Assembly: GCA_013265495.1 (NCBI GenBank)
Contig: MU058718.1
Span: forward strand, 4,609,648-4,665,954
Direction: 5' to 3'
DNA from: Vicugna vicugna
Lineage: Eukaryota
Length of the DNA: 56,307 nt
Shown: one piece after another, positions 37,546 to 50,756 of the stretch
Numbering within the stretch: the first letter of the stretch is position 1
How the letters are laid out: the number at the start of each line of letters is the position of its first letter
Notes under the pieces: model-generated
Databases searched by the model: none
Told to the model about the DNA's origin: nothing
The model's input: only the letters and a program-made list of their open reading frames with translations
Translations under genes and position numbers: made by a program

Positions 37546-40519
37546 CTTGCTCCTAATGACTTCTTGGTTTTCAAGAACAGAGAGCCCCATTGTAGATGAA
37601 CTCCCCTTCCACTTTATTCTCATTTGAGAGGCACCTATCACATTTCTACAGCCATTTGTTCCCTTTATTTCCTTCTTGAATTAACTCCCACTCACATTCT
37701 TTTATTTCCAATCACTGTTCAAAGACAGGCATATTATAACCGTTGGGAAAAAAAATAAGGCAATTTGAGCCCTCTGGAACAGTTCCTCATTCTTCCTGCC
37801 AAGAATGTCCTATATCCACAGCAGGAAGTTCAATTAGCAAATCCATGAATCAGGATTTTAATGATACATTTATCCAGAAGGAAAATGCTAGCTTGACATC
37901 CCCCCTGTCCCTTACTTGTGGGAGTCACAGCTTGCCACGGACTGAACCTGGGTCCCTGTGGGGAAATGCAAGATGGTGAAATGCAAGCACGTTGGAGGAA
38001 ATTTCTTTTCTTTTGTTCCCCAGTGTCACTGTAGTTAGGAAGAAGCAAGAAGCAGGAATTCTTGGTTATCTGAAAAAAAACTAGAGTTAACTCTAGAAAG
38101 TTAAGAAGTATCCTAATTAAGAAATTTGCTAATTGTTATTCCCTGCTGTGTCTATAGACTGTGTTTGGTTTTAAGTCATGACTAAGCATCTGAACGTTTC
38201 CTCTACCTGACCATGTTCTCTGCTGTCATTCTGCCTTCCCCACTGCCGGATGTGCTCTTTGTGGCTGAGGACATTCCTCCTCCTCCTCCTCTTCCTCCCT
38301 CGCTCTCCTTCGCCTCTTCCTCCCTTCCTGCTGCTACTTCTTTTTCCCACTGCAGCTCTTGAACCTAGAGACCCCTAAATATTCACTGAGCATCTTCTAT
38401 TAACATCTTTAAGAGAAAATTGCTTTCATTGTCTCTGTGGTTAGATATACCCTAACCTGAGTAGGAGGCTCGGCAAAAGGACTGGGTGTTGGGGTAACCA
38501 GGCCCATCCTCTCTGAAGGCTGTGGCCCACACTGTCCAGAGTGAGAGAAGAGAAAACATTATTTGTCAGACAGGATCTTAGGAAATTTTGTTGACCATAT
38601 CACCTCAGTCAACTCTCAGAGTCTGGAGGTAGTTTAGAGAGAGAGGCTTTGAGAAAGATTCAAGCACCAGACTTACAGTAATTCCCTAAATCCTTTCCAA
38701 AAGCCATCCTTCTCACGAAATGGCTAGACTGTACGCACTGTCCACACCTTTGTTGTACATATGGCAACCCTGACCCTTGGTCCTTTGAGGTCTAATCTTG
38801 TTTCTAAAGAGGCTGAAACCATGATCAGACTCCTTGGCTCCCCATGCCAAATCGAAAAACTATCAAAGTATTGATTCTCCGTATCAGATGGGGGAAACAC
38901 ATTCTTTTCCTTTTCCCCTTTTCCCTGTTTACAGAGGGAACTTAACTGGGCTCAAGGTTTGCAGGCATATTTCTTTGACTTAGGGAGAGAAAAGGAACAA
39001 AAGAAAGCCAGTAAGGGATGTCTGGTCACTCCAAGCCACCTGCCCCAAGTTGTCCCCTAGCAGTGAATGGGAAGAAGACCAAAGAGTGAACAGTTTCTGT
39101 CCTCTCTGGGTTCACTGCTAATTTCATCTTAGCATGACACATAGTATCACATGTAATTTACCACATGTAAATATGGACATTCCAAAATAAAGCTGTTAGA
39201 TTCCTCTTACTCTCTTTCACTGAATTTCTCTTAGACTCTCTAAGAGTCCAAAGACCATAGTAATTTACACTGAAGGTGGATTTATCTTATGTATTTTTCC
39301 AACCATAAGTCTCAAAATGTTAACATTTTTTTCTGTATAGAGTTATTACAGGTTGGGGTAAATACTAAATAAAAATTAATTGGAAATGCATCATGTAATG
39401 AGGCAGAAGTTTTAAAAATTATTTCTTATATTTGCAGATGAAATTTCCTAGCATGAAACAGAATTAGCATCAATATAAAATCTATTCTCATTTTTTATGT
39501 TTTAAGCATTTGAAATCTGGTTCAAAGTGAGTAAATGGAAAGCTGGTTATTCAGTGTTAGTCAGTTCTTTGGATTCCTTTTCAGTTAAATGTCAAAAAAA
39601 TAATCAACTAGTGATCTTTCATTAGAATAGAGGAAAAAAGTTTTTAATCAATGAATTGCTTGACTCAGTCTTTATTTAACTGGATTAAAAGCAGTAAGTT
39701 GGAAATCATCTGACTCACAAAAGTACACAGAGCCCAGTTAGAGAGTTACTCACTTTCTCAGCAGTGTTTTGAATGGTACCTTTATTGCTGAGGTTTCTTC
39801 TACCTTGCAGGGCAATGCACTGATGTGAGATCTAGCCTGGGCGAGGTCTGCCTTTCTTTCATAGAATTCCAAAAGAGCTTTCACTGGGGAAAGGAGAGGA
39901 AGGGCCCAGAGTCAGCATGGTGCCCCGAGGGCATGTGTCCTCAGGAAGATCACTTTTAGGCACTTGAGGATCCTGAAATGGGCTCCTCTAGGACTGCCCG
40001 AGAGCCTTAGAGAGTTTTTTGCACTTAACCTACCCCAGTTAGAAGACCACTCGTTTAGGGACAATTGCAGAGGTACATACACTATGGGAAGTGGGCCCTT
40101 TTGGAGTAAAACCTCAAGGATTTGGAGTGACAGAATCTGTGAGAAAAGTTAAGAGAAGGGAAGGGAATATAAAAAGAGACAGCCTGGTGGGTGGTGAGCA
40201 GTTACCCTTCATTTTATTGAAAATATAATAAGAATCAATATAATACATTTAGACCAGAGTCCAAAAGGGTTCTACCATTGGAATGTACCATCGATTCTTT
40301 TTCTGAGAGATGTTTAAGAAAGTTGTGAGTTGGTTTAATAATAAAATTTTCAAGCTTTGGGAGATTGCTAGTAACATATTTTTTTGCTGGATCAAAGATA
40401 GTCCAGAAGGTACAATTAGAGTGAAAATTATTTTCAATAAATTTTACTTGATTTGACTGTATAAGGGTAGAGTTACTGATTGATTGTGGTAGTATATTGG
40501 GCTCTATTTTCAAATAAAG

Positions 40520-40712
40520 TTCTGCTTTGGTCATTTACTTGCTGTGTAACCCAAGGAGATTTGTTAATTGTCTCCAAGCCTCAGCTTCCTTATCTGTAAA
40601 GCAAGGGCTACTTCATAACACGGTGAAGATTAAATGAGATAGTATGAGATAATTAAATGTAAACTCTTTTGCATGCTACTGGCACATACTACTTGCTCAG
40701 TAAATAATAACT
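40520..40712 (+). mobile_element. MIR SINE
   Basis: 'atttacttgctgtgtaac...aagcctcagcttccttatctgtaaa...tgaagattaaatgagata...ctcagtaaat'. Confidence 0.75.
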
Positions 40713-43316
40713 AATAGCCAAAAACTGGAGGGAATTTCAATAAAAAGATTTTTACTCACCAGAGCTATATGAAGAATTCTTTGACTTTTGAGTCTATAAA
40801 TTTTCCAGTTTTTATTCAGCTGTCAATTACTTGGTAATTCCTCCGTGAATAGGCATGGATGTCAGGATCCCCAGTATGAGAAGCAGCGCTGAAATGCATA
40901 CTAACAATTAATGAATCTTTCAGTCCCTTGGATGTGGTGAAGGATTTAGCAGTGGGGAGATTACTGTGGATTGGTGGTTGATAGTATTTGATTCTCACCC
41001 TTGGTACAGATATTAAACAACAACGGTCATGGACAGAAAATTGGACTTCAGCGCCATTTGCAAAGAAATGAGAATGTTGGTCAAACCTGTATGCAGAGGG
41101 CATCTGATTAGTGTAAATAGATGACGTTGCAGGAGTGTAATACACTAGGTGCAAAATTGTCTGGATTGTGGTTCGGGGTAACATCTGCCCGATTACACAG
41201 CCTTTGCAAAGCCTGGGTTGGCTTTGCAGAGTGGCCAAGCAAAAGTCCTGGTGCGAGAGGTATATTGAGCAGGATTTCCAATATGTACTCTCAGATGCAG
41301 AAGGGTCTTCAAGCTTCCTTTCAGCCCTATAAATCTTATTCCTTGGATCCATTTCATCTCTTGAAAAAAAAAAGCAATTGAATTTGATGGCCTCCTAATT
41401 TTCTGTTATCAGTACTTGAAAGGAGATCGTTTCATATAATAGACCAAATAATGCAAAAAAGAAAAAAATTGCAAATATAAGAGCATAAAAAATGTGTCAG
41501 AAAAAGAATTAAAATTATGTTGACAGCTTTCTTTTTTGTCTCAGGAAAGGATGAAACTTTTCTAAAAGATGAAGATGGTTGGTAATATATGAAGTCAACA
41601 TATAATAAAATGAATATAGGCAGAAGGCAGTTGCAGTACTGTCAGCTTCTGACGGAAATATATTTAAGAATAGATGTGATTTTTCAGCCTGCAGATTTAT
41701 ATTTGCCGAAGAAGCACTTCTATAAGGATTCCAGAAGTACTCTTGTCCTAAAGGCCTCCTTTGTCTTTTTGTAGTGTGAGCCCTCAAACAGAAATAGGAA
41801 CTGCTAATTACACAGACACAAATCTTCACCTTGTAATTCTGCTTAAACCTTCAAAAGAATAAACTGGAGTTTGTGAAGGCTGCAGAGCAAAGGTAAACGC
41901 CCATTTTTCTTAAATAAAAAAGTAAACAGTGACTTAAGGTTAACTTTCTGTTTCCTGGGAAATCCTACAATAGGAGTCTTGGGGTGGACACATTCCCTTT
42001 GAAGAGAGAAGTGGCTAAGATTGATGGTCCAGTTGATAAGTTGATGGTTTCAGTTTTAGAACCCTTGCAAAGGCATCATAGCTCATCTAAATTCCACTTT
42101 AGAAATCTCCAGTCTCCTTCCGGAGGGCAAGAGAGGCAAAGATATGCTCATTATCACTATGCATGGCTTCTGACAATTAGCCACATTCCAGAAGCATCAT
42201 CACAAGTCAGGGCAAGCCTTGCTGCAGGGCGAGTTGGGGGCTCCACACACCTCATTCACCGGGATTAAATCATTCAGCATCAAATGGGAAACCAGTCAGG
42301 ACTTTCAATTATAATTCAGAAATGTGTTCTGTTTTACATTGCAATAAAAAATAACACTCTGGAGAGAAAGAATCAGATAAAGCACAGTTACAGGAAATGC
42401 TGAGGGAACAATTACCAAGAAGTGAAATTAGAAAGCTGTAAATGGATGGGTGAAACCTGCCTGGAGTAAACAGAGCCTTCCTTTTGATAAACGGTCCTCA
42501 CACAGACAGTGACATCTTGAGCCTCCTAGGTCATGAACATTCCAGGAATGGTCCAGTTTTTGTAAGACTGGTTTAATTGTTAACGGGGTGGGGTCGGGCA
42601 TTAAATTCTCACTTGATGTTACAGTTCGAATCTCCAACGAGACTCAGCCAGGTAATGCAGGGTAGAAGGTTGTTCCTGACCAAGCACATGTATTTTAATA
42701 AACAGCAGTGATGTATTTATTAAACTAAAGAGATTTCAGTTGAAGCCAACTAATGATTACAGTTGATAATGAAAGTGTGCTCTTTCTTAATTGGTGAAAA
42801 TATTAATGTTTCTTCACGTCAGCTCAGGTTATTCATTTACAACAGAGATGTTCAACAGCGCCTATAAACATCCTTCCTTTCTAGGCGATGGGAAGGAGGA
42901 GGCAAGGATTTCCATGACAATTGAGTCCCAGAATTGGCATCTGGAATTATCGGACTGAACTTTAGAGTCAACTCAATTGTTTCCTATCCAGATAGAGAAA
43001 CTTGGTGAGAGAGAAATGATGTTGAGACTTAGAAAATGCTTGAGAATGTTGTCTATATCTTAAGCCAAAATGTCTAAAATTGAGTATCGAAGTCTTCTTT
43101 TTACATAATTATATTTGAATATATTTATCAGAATTTATGTAATTGTGTTATAAAGGGTTATTTTGAGTGGACTGTGCAGCCAAGGACATTGAACGAGTCA
43201 GGCGTCCTTCTTATACAAGATGACAGATGATGCTTATATGAGTCTAGTCTGTGTTAAGAATATTCTTATGCACATTGACTCATTTAGAGGTATGTGGTAC
43301 CTCTAAAGGGTAATAA

Positions 43317-43728
43317 TGTATTAGGTTCAGATTTTTGCTGTAACAGACTACTACAAATTTAGTGGCTCAAAACAGCAAAGATTTATTATCTTACAATTTT
43401 GGAAGTCCGAAGTCCAAAATGGCTCTCCCTGGGTTAAAAATCAAGGTGTTGGCAGGGCTGTGTTCTTCTGGAGGCTCTAGGGGAGAATTCATTTCCGTGC
43501 CTTTTCCAGCTTCTAGAGACTTCCTCCATTCCTTCAAGGCAGCAGTCTGTAGATTGTCACTTGGAGAATTATTCTTTTATCTCTCTTTCCCAAATTTAAG
43601 GACTCTTGTCATTAACTAGAGCCCACTCAGACAATCCAGGATAATCACCCTATTTTAAACCTGAATTCCCTCTTGCCATGCAATGTAACACGTTTACAGG
43701 TTACAGGGATTAGGATGTGGGGATTAGG
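43317..43728 (-). mobile_element. MLT1 LTR
   Basis: 'tgctgtaaca...tttattatcttaca...aatcaaggtgttggcagggctgtgttc.tctggaggctctaggggagaat...ccaggataatc'. Confidence 0.85.
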
Positions 43729-43729
43729 T

Positions 43730-43850
43730 GATAAAACACAGAGATGTTAAGTAATTTGCACAAAGTCATACAGCTAGGAAGGATCAAGGGTAGAATTGGA
43801 ACCTGACACTGAAGTCCATTCTTTTAATCACTATACTATACCACCTCCTC
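43730..43850 (-). mobile_element. MIR fragment
   Basis: 'cagagatgttaagtaatttgcacaaagtcatacagctag'. Confidence 0.6.
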
Positions 43851-44289
43851 TGATACTTTAGCAGCAGGAGATTGGACCATCCAAGCTCAACAGTGTCAAC
43901 ATAGCCCTCAGCTAGAGTCTACACATGCTCTGCATAGTGGTGGTGGGTCCCTTGATCTAGAGGAGTAACTAGGATGACTGTATGTCCTTCAGGATAGTAC
44001 TTGCTGGCTTTGATCTTTCACAGTCCTAACCTAGGTCAAGACAACAGAGAACAGATAATTTATTCCTCCAGAGGTAGTTGCATTTTCCTACCTCCTTAAC
44101 AAATGTTTATTAAGTCCTTATTCAGAAAAAAAAAATCCTTATTGAGAATTTTTCAGACATTGTGGTGGCTCTGAGGAACAACAGGTTAGTTATTGCTCCT
44201 GCCTTCCAACAGGTCACACTCACTGGCAAAAAGACACAAAGGAACAATTAGAAGAAAATGTTGTAGGTGCTAGTACAGAATTGTGTAGA

Positions 44290-44544
44290 AGGTGGAATTC
44301 TATTACTTCTGCCTCCAAATCACATCCTGACTATTTCTTCTCCATGGCCAACCCTTAGCTCAAGCCACCACTGTCTCTATTATATGGACAAGAGTTTCCT
44401 CATTTGTCTTTCTGCTTTCCCTCTTGAATCCCTTACAATCGACTCTCCAAAGACCAATTCAAGTAATTTTCTGGAAAATACAAATCAGATCTTATCTCAC
44501 CCCTGCTTGAATCCCTCCAGGAGCTTCCACTGTGCTTAATATAC

Positions 44545-44589
<45 letters not shown>

Positions 44590-44970
44590 ATACACCTCTG
44601 TAACACGTTTTGAAACCCCTACAGGGTCTGGCCTTTGTTCATCTCTGTAAACATACCTCATACTCTCCACACTCTTACTCACTATTCTCTCACCAACCTA
44701 CAGTTTTCTTATACTGTTAATACACCAAGTTCTTCCCAGCTTGGGGCCTTTGCACGTGCTGTGTCCTCCGCTCGCTGTGCCCTTCCTTCTTGCTGGTTCC
44801 TTCTCCTCTTTGAGTTCTCAGACAACTTGGCTACTTAAATGGATGCCTCCCTCCCTCATTGTTTCTGTTTTTTCCTTCACAGTTTGTACTGTCTGTAAGT
44901 TTCCTCAAGGTAGCAACCATATCTAGAGTCCTGCACAGCGCCTGGAGCACAAGAGGTACACAATGAATAT
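44290..44970 (+). mobile_element. L2 3' region with internal (TG)n at ~44549-44592
   Basis: 'aatacaaatcagatc...ggcctttgcacgtgctgt...cacagcgcctgg...aatgaatatt'. Confidence 0.65.
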
Positions 44971-46342
44971 TAAAAAAAAAAAATCCCAAGTAGCCAAAAA
45001 GGAACCAATTAATTCAGTCAAAAGAAATGATACTAGTATCTTCCCCTAGGGTTGTAGTGGGGGCTACAGGAGAGTTGGACAAAAAGAGGAAATTCACAGT
45101 GTACTTAGTGTGGCATCTGGTGTTGATGGAGTGTTGACTACAGTTACTTTCATAAATGGGTCAGGTGGCGTTTCAATGTGAAATTCCATGCGTATTTATC
45201 TCTTTAAAATACGTCTTAATTTTTAAGAGGGAGAATAAATGGAGCATTTGTCTCCATTAGAGCTGAGTTTCATCCTACTTTTAGGTCTTTGCATTGAACA
45301 GCTTCACCAGAGGACTTTCCCTTCCTCCTTACTTTGAGGGCAGCTTTCACTCTGGTTCCTGGTTCTGTCTTTCCCCCGAGAGTTGTCTGCCCTAATTGGA
45401 CCCAGACCACTGCTTACTTAGCTTTACTAACAATTCTACTTGTTAATAAACAGAATTAATCTTGATTAAGCCAATTTATTCAAGTTATATTCTGATTCCT
45501 TGGGGGTCTGTTTCCTTAGGCTTTTATGCTTCTATCCTAAATTCACAATTTTTTTTTCCTCTCTGAATGCATTTTCTTCCTCCCTTCATTCTTAAAGTAA
45601 ACATGTTTAAAGTATAAAAAAGAGCTGATGGATGGAAATAAATGCGAGGCAAAATTCTCCCGACTTTATTCCCTTGCATCTGGCTGGTTGCATTTCCTTT
45701 TGTTCATCATTTTAACTAAGAGATATGTTAATAGCCAAGTCAGATGTGTTCCCTTGACTTAGAAGTGGTTAGTCAGTTCAGAACAAAACTGGCTGGTTTG
45801 TTTGTACTGCCAGATGGCTATGGCTCACCAATCTGCAGTCAAACAGGGCTTGTACATCATCATTTCCCTGCTGGAGTCCATGGGGATCCGTTTTCCAGCC
45901 TCTAGAAACATCCTCCACAAATCTCTGAAAGCACTTTGCAGAAAAACGCTTCAGCCTGATTCAGTCAGCCTGCGTCCAAAGTTTATCATCCGTTTTGACA
46001 CCTGAAGTTATTCTTGTTCATAGACTGAGCTGCTTTGGCTGCCCCCCTGCCTGGAGAACGTTCTCTGGAGACATTCTCCCATTTGGGAGGACTGGAAGGT
46101 GCTTATCTGTTTATGTTCTGTTTTCTGGTCCTCATGTAATGAACCATTTGACTTCAATAGGCATATGGCCTGAGGTTATTAGTAGATTTTTTCTTTTGCT
46201 GCACTGATATATATAGGACTTAACTTGAAGGCATTGACCTTATTAAGATTGACACCTAAAATAGAAGATTATTGTTGGATAAGTAACTATAACTGGGCAC
46301 GGGCTGTCCATTCTTTACAGGTGTCATTTATTCAATTCTGAT

Positions 46343-46441
46343 ATGTGTGTGTGTTTATATCTCTATATATATCTATATATATCTATATAAAATATATATA
46401 TTTATATATATATAAACATATATATAAAAATATATATATAA
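46343..46441. repeat. (TA)-rich simple repeat
   Basis: Directly visible. Confidence 0.85.
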
Positions 46442-47699
46442 ATTCTTAAGGTGGAGTTTGTTGTTCTACGTAGTAGATCTAATGTGAGCTCTCTCATACT
46501 CATTTAGTTCTTCTCAACCAAGATGCCACAAAGGAATTATGCACTGATCTGTTAAGGCATCCACTGCATGTAATGAATTAACTTCTTGCCTATGCATCTA
46601 GAGTGACTTCCATTCTTGGAAAAATTGAGACAAAAGTTATACCAGTCATATTCTGTAAAACTCAGTTCTCTGGTGGAACTCTGAGGGAATCTGGTGTCTA
46701 CTTTAGAATCTAGATTTTATGGAATCAGCTCTTTGCGTGGTACTCAAAGGCCCGTGTTAGAGATGAGGCCACCAACGCTCATACTCAAGGAACTTCCTAG
46801 TTCCTTCAGAGGCCCCGCCATCATACCAGCCTAGGAAGGTTGACTGCTTGTGTTTAGTTCGTTTCTCTTGAATTCGGGATTGTCTCTGATCTTTATTTCC
46901 TCTTAGTGTCAGTACAGTATGCTCACACTGAAAATCCTTATTCTAGTCTCAGTTCTGAGAGGTACCACTTTTCTGACCTTTTCTAATCTCACCTAGTCCA
47001 CATTAGGAATAATAATGTGAGTCCTTCTATCTAAAGGAGGATCAAAGAAGGAAATACCCTTGAAAATACTTTATAAAATACCAAGCCATATAACTATTGT
47101 AATGATTCAGGCAATTATAATGTAGGGATGGGCAGTGGATTTAGATGGATCTGCATAAACAGGGGGTTCAAATTCCGATGGACACAGCTAGTCACACACC
47201 CAATTCAGGCAGCCAGAAAAGCTGGCACAAGGCATCAGTGATCAGGACACTCGATACTGAAGAACAGGTTTCTATAAGCCACCTCGAAGAGGTGGTGCAC
47301 AGAGCGGAGGGACTACACCTGAGAGAAGACGCGTGAGAGCACCCAGCTGGAAAGGAGAGTTAGGGAGCTGTAGTGAAGGGAGAGCCCCAGCCCGAGGGAA
47401 ATAACAGGGGACTCCTTTTGGCCATTGTGTGTTATCTTAGTAAAATTCACTAGTGGAGCAAGTGCAAAAGCGGAGTGCTGAAATTATTTAAATTAGCATA
47501 TGCCTAAGTATATTAGGGGCTGAAGAACCAAACTAAGCGCTCAATGTGACTTGTACTTTTGGAACATATATGGAAGCTGCCTTAAACTGATGAACCCTTG
47601 GAGTCTGACATATAGGAATTTACTATCAAGGAGGAAAATTAGCAAGTGTATATAAAAAAACTTTATATCACAACTTGGAAATACAATGATAATCATAGA

Positions 47700-47900
47700 A
47701 ACTTAAAATTATTGTGCATGTTGTATGCCAGGCAGCATTTTAGGCACTTTTCTTATTTAATTCCTGTAATAACTCAATAAGATAGGTACCGATTTTACCT
47801 TCTCCATGCTATCGCAGGGTGATTGAACCCTAGAAAGTGTAAGTGACTTGGCCAAGGTGACACAAGCAATGATTGGCATAGCCATGTTTTGACTCCAGAG
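47700..47900 (-). mobile_element. MIR SINE
   Basis: 'tatgccaggca...taagtgacttggccaaggtgacaca'. Confidence 0.6.
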
Positions 47901-48579
47901 TGAATATTCCTGTTTTCTCGTCTAGGCTGCTTTAAGGCAGAGGCTGATAAAGTGCTTGTCAGTAGAATGACCTTAAAAAGCTGGGATGGCAAAACCAGAT
48001 AAGGCCATGAGATGGAACAAGAATTTAACTGAATATCATTTTAATATATTTATGAGTTATATAAGGTTCTATCAGAGATGGAGACTGACAAGTTGCAGGA
48101 TTTGGTCATATTCAAAGATATTTAGAGCTTAGATGAAAGGATATCTAAAATCTTGAGAGCCAAAGAAATTCAAATTCCAAACAAGTAACATACTAGCCTG
48201 CGTGGGTTATGAGCCACTCAAGATCCACTTCTCTTTTGCTTTGAAGCTCCCATTATACACTGTAAATAGGACTCAGTAGGTCACGTGAAGAATTCAATGG
48301 GGACTGGAAAAAAATGAAATAGAAGATAAAAAAGGAAAAGAACAGAGTACCAGAGATGAGTTGAATAAATGTTGAAAAGTTTATGAGTTGGCGGCATCTG
48401 TTGAATTTTATTCCAAGGAATAGAGTGCAATTATACCAAATAGTTAAAGGCTATGTATAATTTGGGCTAATCTTAATTTTATTTCTGAATGATAAAAGGG
48501 ACTAATGTACACATTCATGTTGATATTGAATTCAGCAGATTAAATGTGTGGTAAATAACGCAGGTCAGGTGATATTAAT

Positions 48580-48805
48580 GGAAACTGCTATTTACTGAGC
48601 ACATATTTATCAGATGTTTTGGAGACTAGTTGTGCATTTCTCATTTAATACAACAACTCTGTCCTGTGTTACATGTACTAATAGTATTTCCACTTTACAC
48701 ATAAAAAAATGGGGCTTACAGAGGTTAAGTCACTTACTCAGGGTTATATGCTACTTGCCAGTAAGTGACAGAATTTGGGTTGAACTAGAGACCATCTGAT
48801 GCCAA
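48580..48805 (-). mobile_element. MIR SINE
   Basis: 'atttactgagcac...tctcatttaat...gaggttaagtcacttactcagggtt'. Confidence 0.65.
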
Positions 48806-48906
48806 GGAGATCATGGGCATGTCTATCCTTTAAGAAAAAAAATTAAAGTACAGTTGATTTACAATATATTAGTTTCAGGTGTACAACATAGTTATTCAAT
48901 ATTTTT

Positions 48907-49476
48907 ATAGATTATACTCTATTTAAAGTTATTATACAATATTGGCTGTATTCCCCATGCTGTACAATATATCCTTATTTGTTTTATATATAATAGTTTG
49001 TACCTCTTAATCTCCTACCCCTACTTGCACCTCTCTTCTTCCTTCTCCCACTGGTAACCACTAGTTTTCTCTCTATACTTGAGACTGTTTCTGTTTTATT
49101 ATATTCATTCGTTTTATTTTTAGATTCCACATGTAAGTAATAGCGTACAGTATTTGTCTTTCTCTGTTTGACTTATATCACTTAGCATAATAGATTATAC
49201 TCTATTTAAAGTTATTATACAATATTGGCTGTATTCCCCATGCTGTACAATATATCCTTATTTGTTTTATATATAATAGTTTGTACCTCTTAATCTCCTA
49301 CCCCTACTTGCCCCTCTCCTCTTCCTTCTCCCACTGGTAACCACTAGTTTTCTCTCTATACCTGAGACTGTTTCTGTTTTATTATATTCATTCATTTATT
49401 TTATTTTTAGATTCCACATGTAAGTAATAGCATACAGTATTTGTCTTTCTCTGTTTGACTTATATCACTTAGCATA
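48907..49476. repeat. Direct tandem duplication, units of 283 and 287 bp
   Basis: 'atagattatactctatttaaagtt...tcacttagcata' occurs at 48907-49189 and 49190-49476, with a few substitutions and a 4-bp indel. Confidence 0.95.
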
Positions 49477-49930
49477 ATACTCTCCAAGTCCACCCGTGTT
49501 ATTGCAAATGGCAAAATTTCATTCTCTTTTATGGCTGAATAACATTTCATTGTGTGTATATATATATATATCACGTCTTTTTTATCCATTCGTCTGTCGA
49601 TGGACACTTAGGTTGCTTCCGTATCTTGGCAGTTGTAAATAATGCATTGAGATGCATGTATCTGTTCGAACTAGTACTTTCATTTTCTTTGAATATATAC
49701 CCAGGAGTGGAATTGCTGGATCATATTTTTGTTTTTTTTGAGAAATTGCCACACTGTTTTCCACAGTGACTGCACCAATTTACATTCCCACCAACAGTGA
49801 CGAGGGTTCCCTTTTCTCCACATCCTCGCCAGCATTTGTTATTTGTGTCCTTTCTGATGATAGCCATTCTGACAGGTGTGAGGTGAGATCTTCTTGTGGT
49901 TTTGATCTGCATTTCTCTGATGATTAACGA

Positions 49931-50274
49931 GAAAGGGGTAGATTGTGCCTCCTTCTTTGAAGAACAGTTCCTGGAATTTTCCTCTAATATTCTCCTCTAC
50001 ATCTTATTTCTGACTCTGTCATCTTGGTACACTTATCTTCAACAGTGGCTGGGAAATCTGGTCCTTATTTCAGGCTGTCTGTTAATCAATTAAAACTAAG
50101 GGGTTCTGTTAGCAGGAAAGAGTGTCAAACGGTTGTTGAGGGACAACTAGTGGTATTTGCCATGATGCATGCCTACAGTGATCTTTTTAGCAATATCCTT
50201 TTTTAAAATAGTTTGTGTGTGTGTTGAGGGGGAGGTAAGTAGGTTTGTTTATTTATTTACTTATTTTTAACCCA
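49931..50274 (+). repeat. Copy A of the triplicated segment
   Basis: Identical by eye to 52927-53173 over its first ~247 bp; the ORF track shows the same peptide (..[24 protein letters not shown]..) three times. Confidence 0.95.
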
Positions 50275-50756
50275 CATCTTTTCATGTGCCTGTTGGTCAC
50301 CTCAATTTCGTTTTTGACAGATTAAAATTTCCCCATGAGGTCCTAGGGTAAGTAGGTGAAGCTCTTTAGCTGACTACTTATTTTATAGGTAGAGTGAGGA
50401 TTTTGATCCCATGATAGAGCTGGTGATAGAGCCTGCCTTCAATAATCAGAATTGTTGTATCAGAGTACCTGGTTTCCTAGTGAAGCTGTATTAGCTTTAA
50501 ATTGAAGTGCTCATGGTACCTTGCCTTTTAACATGATTATGGAAATATCAGATAACCCTAATGTTTTATTCACAGGGTCATACTTTGAATAAGCCACTCA
50601 GAAAAATAATTTAAGTGAATATATCCTAGTAGACTCAGTTTAGTAGACTATTTATTTAAATACTTAATGGTTTCTATTTTTATTAGTTAGGAAAAAATAC
50701 AGTGTACACTGTGAAACAGTAATGAATAAATTTTATTTTTTCCAGAATCAATTCAG

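Larger units (their letters stand above)
48835..50303 (-). mobile_element. 5'-truncated L1 containing a tandem duplication (48907-49476) and a 344-bp foreign insert (49931-50274)
   Basis: ORF fragments [16 protein letters not shown]...[13 protein letters not shown] and [11 protein letters not shown] are the ORF2 C-terminus; L1 resumes as 'catcttttcatgtgcctgttgg' after the insert. Confidence 0.9.

Noticed and set aside
38081..38096. Perfect 16-bp palindrome ctagagttaactctag
   Set aside because: About one is expected by chance in 56 kb (56,000/4^8)
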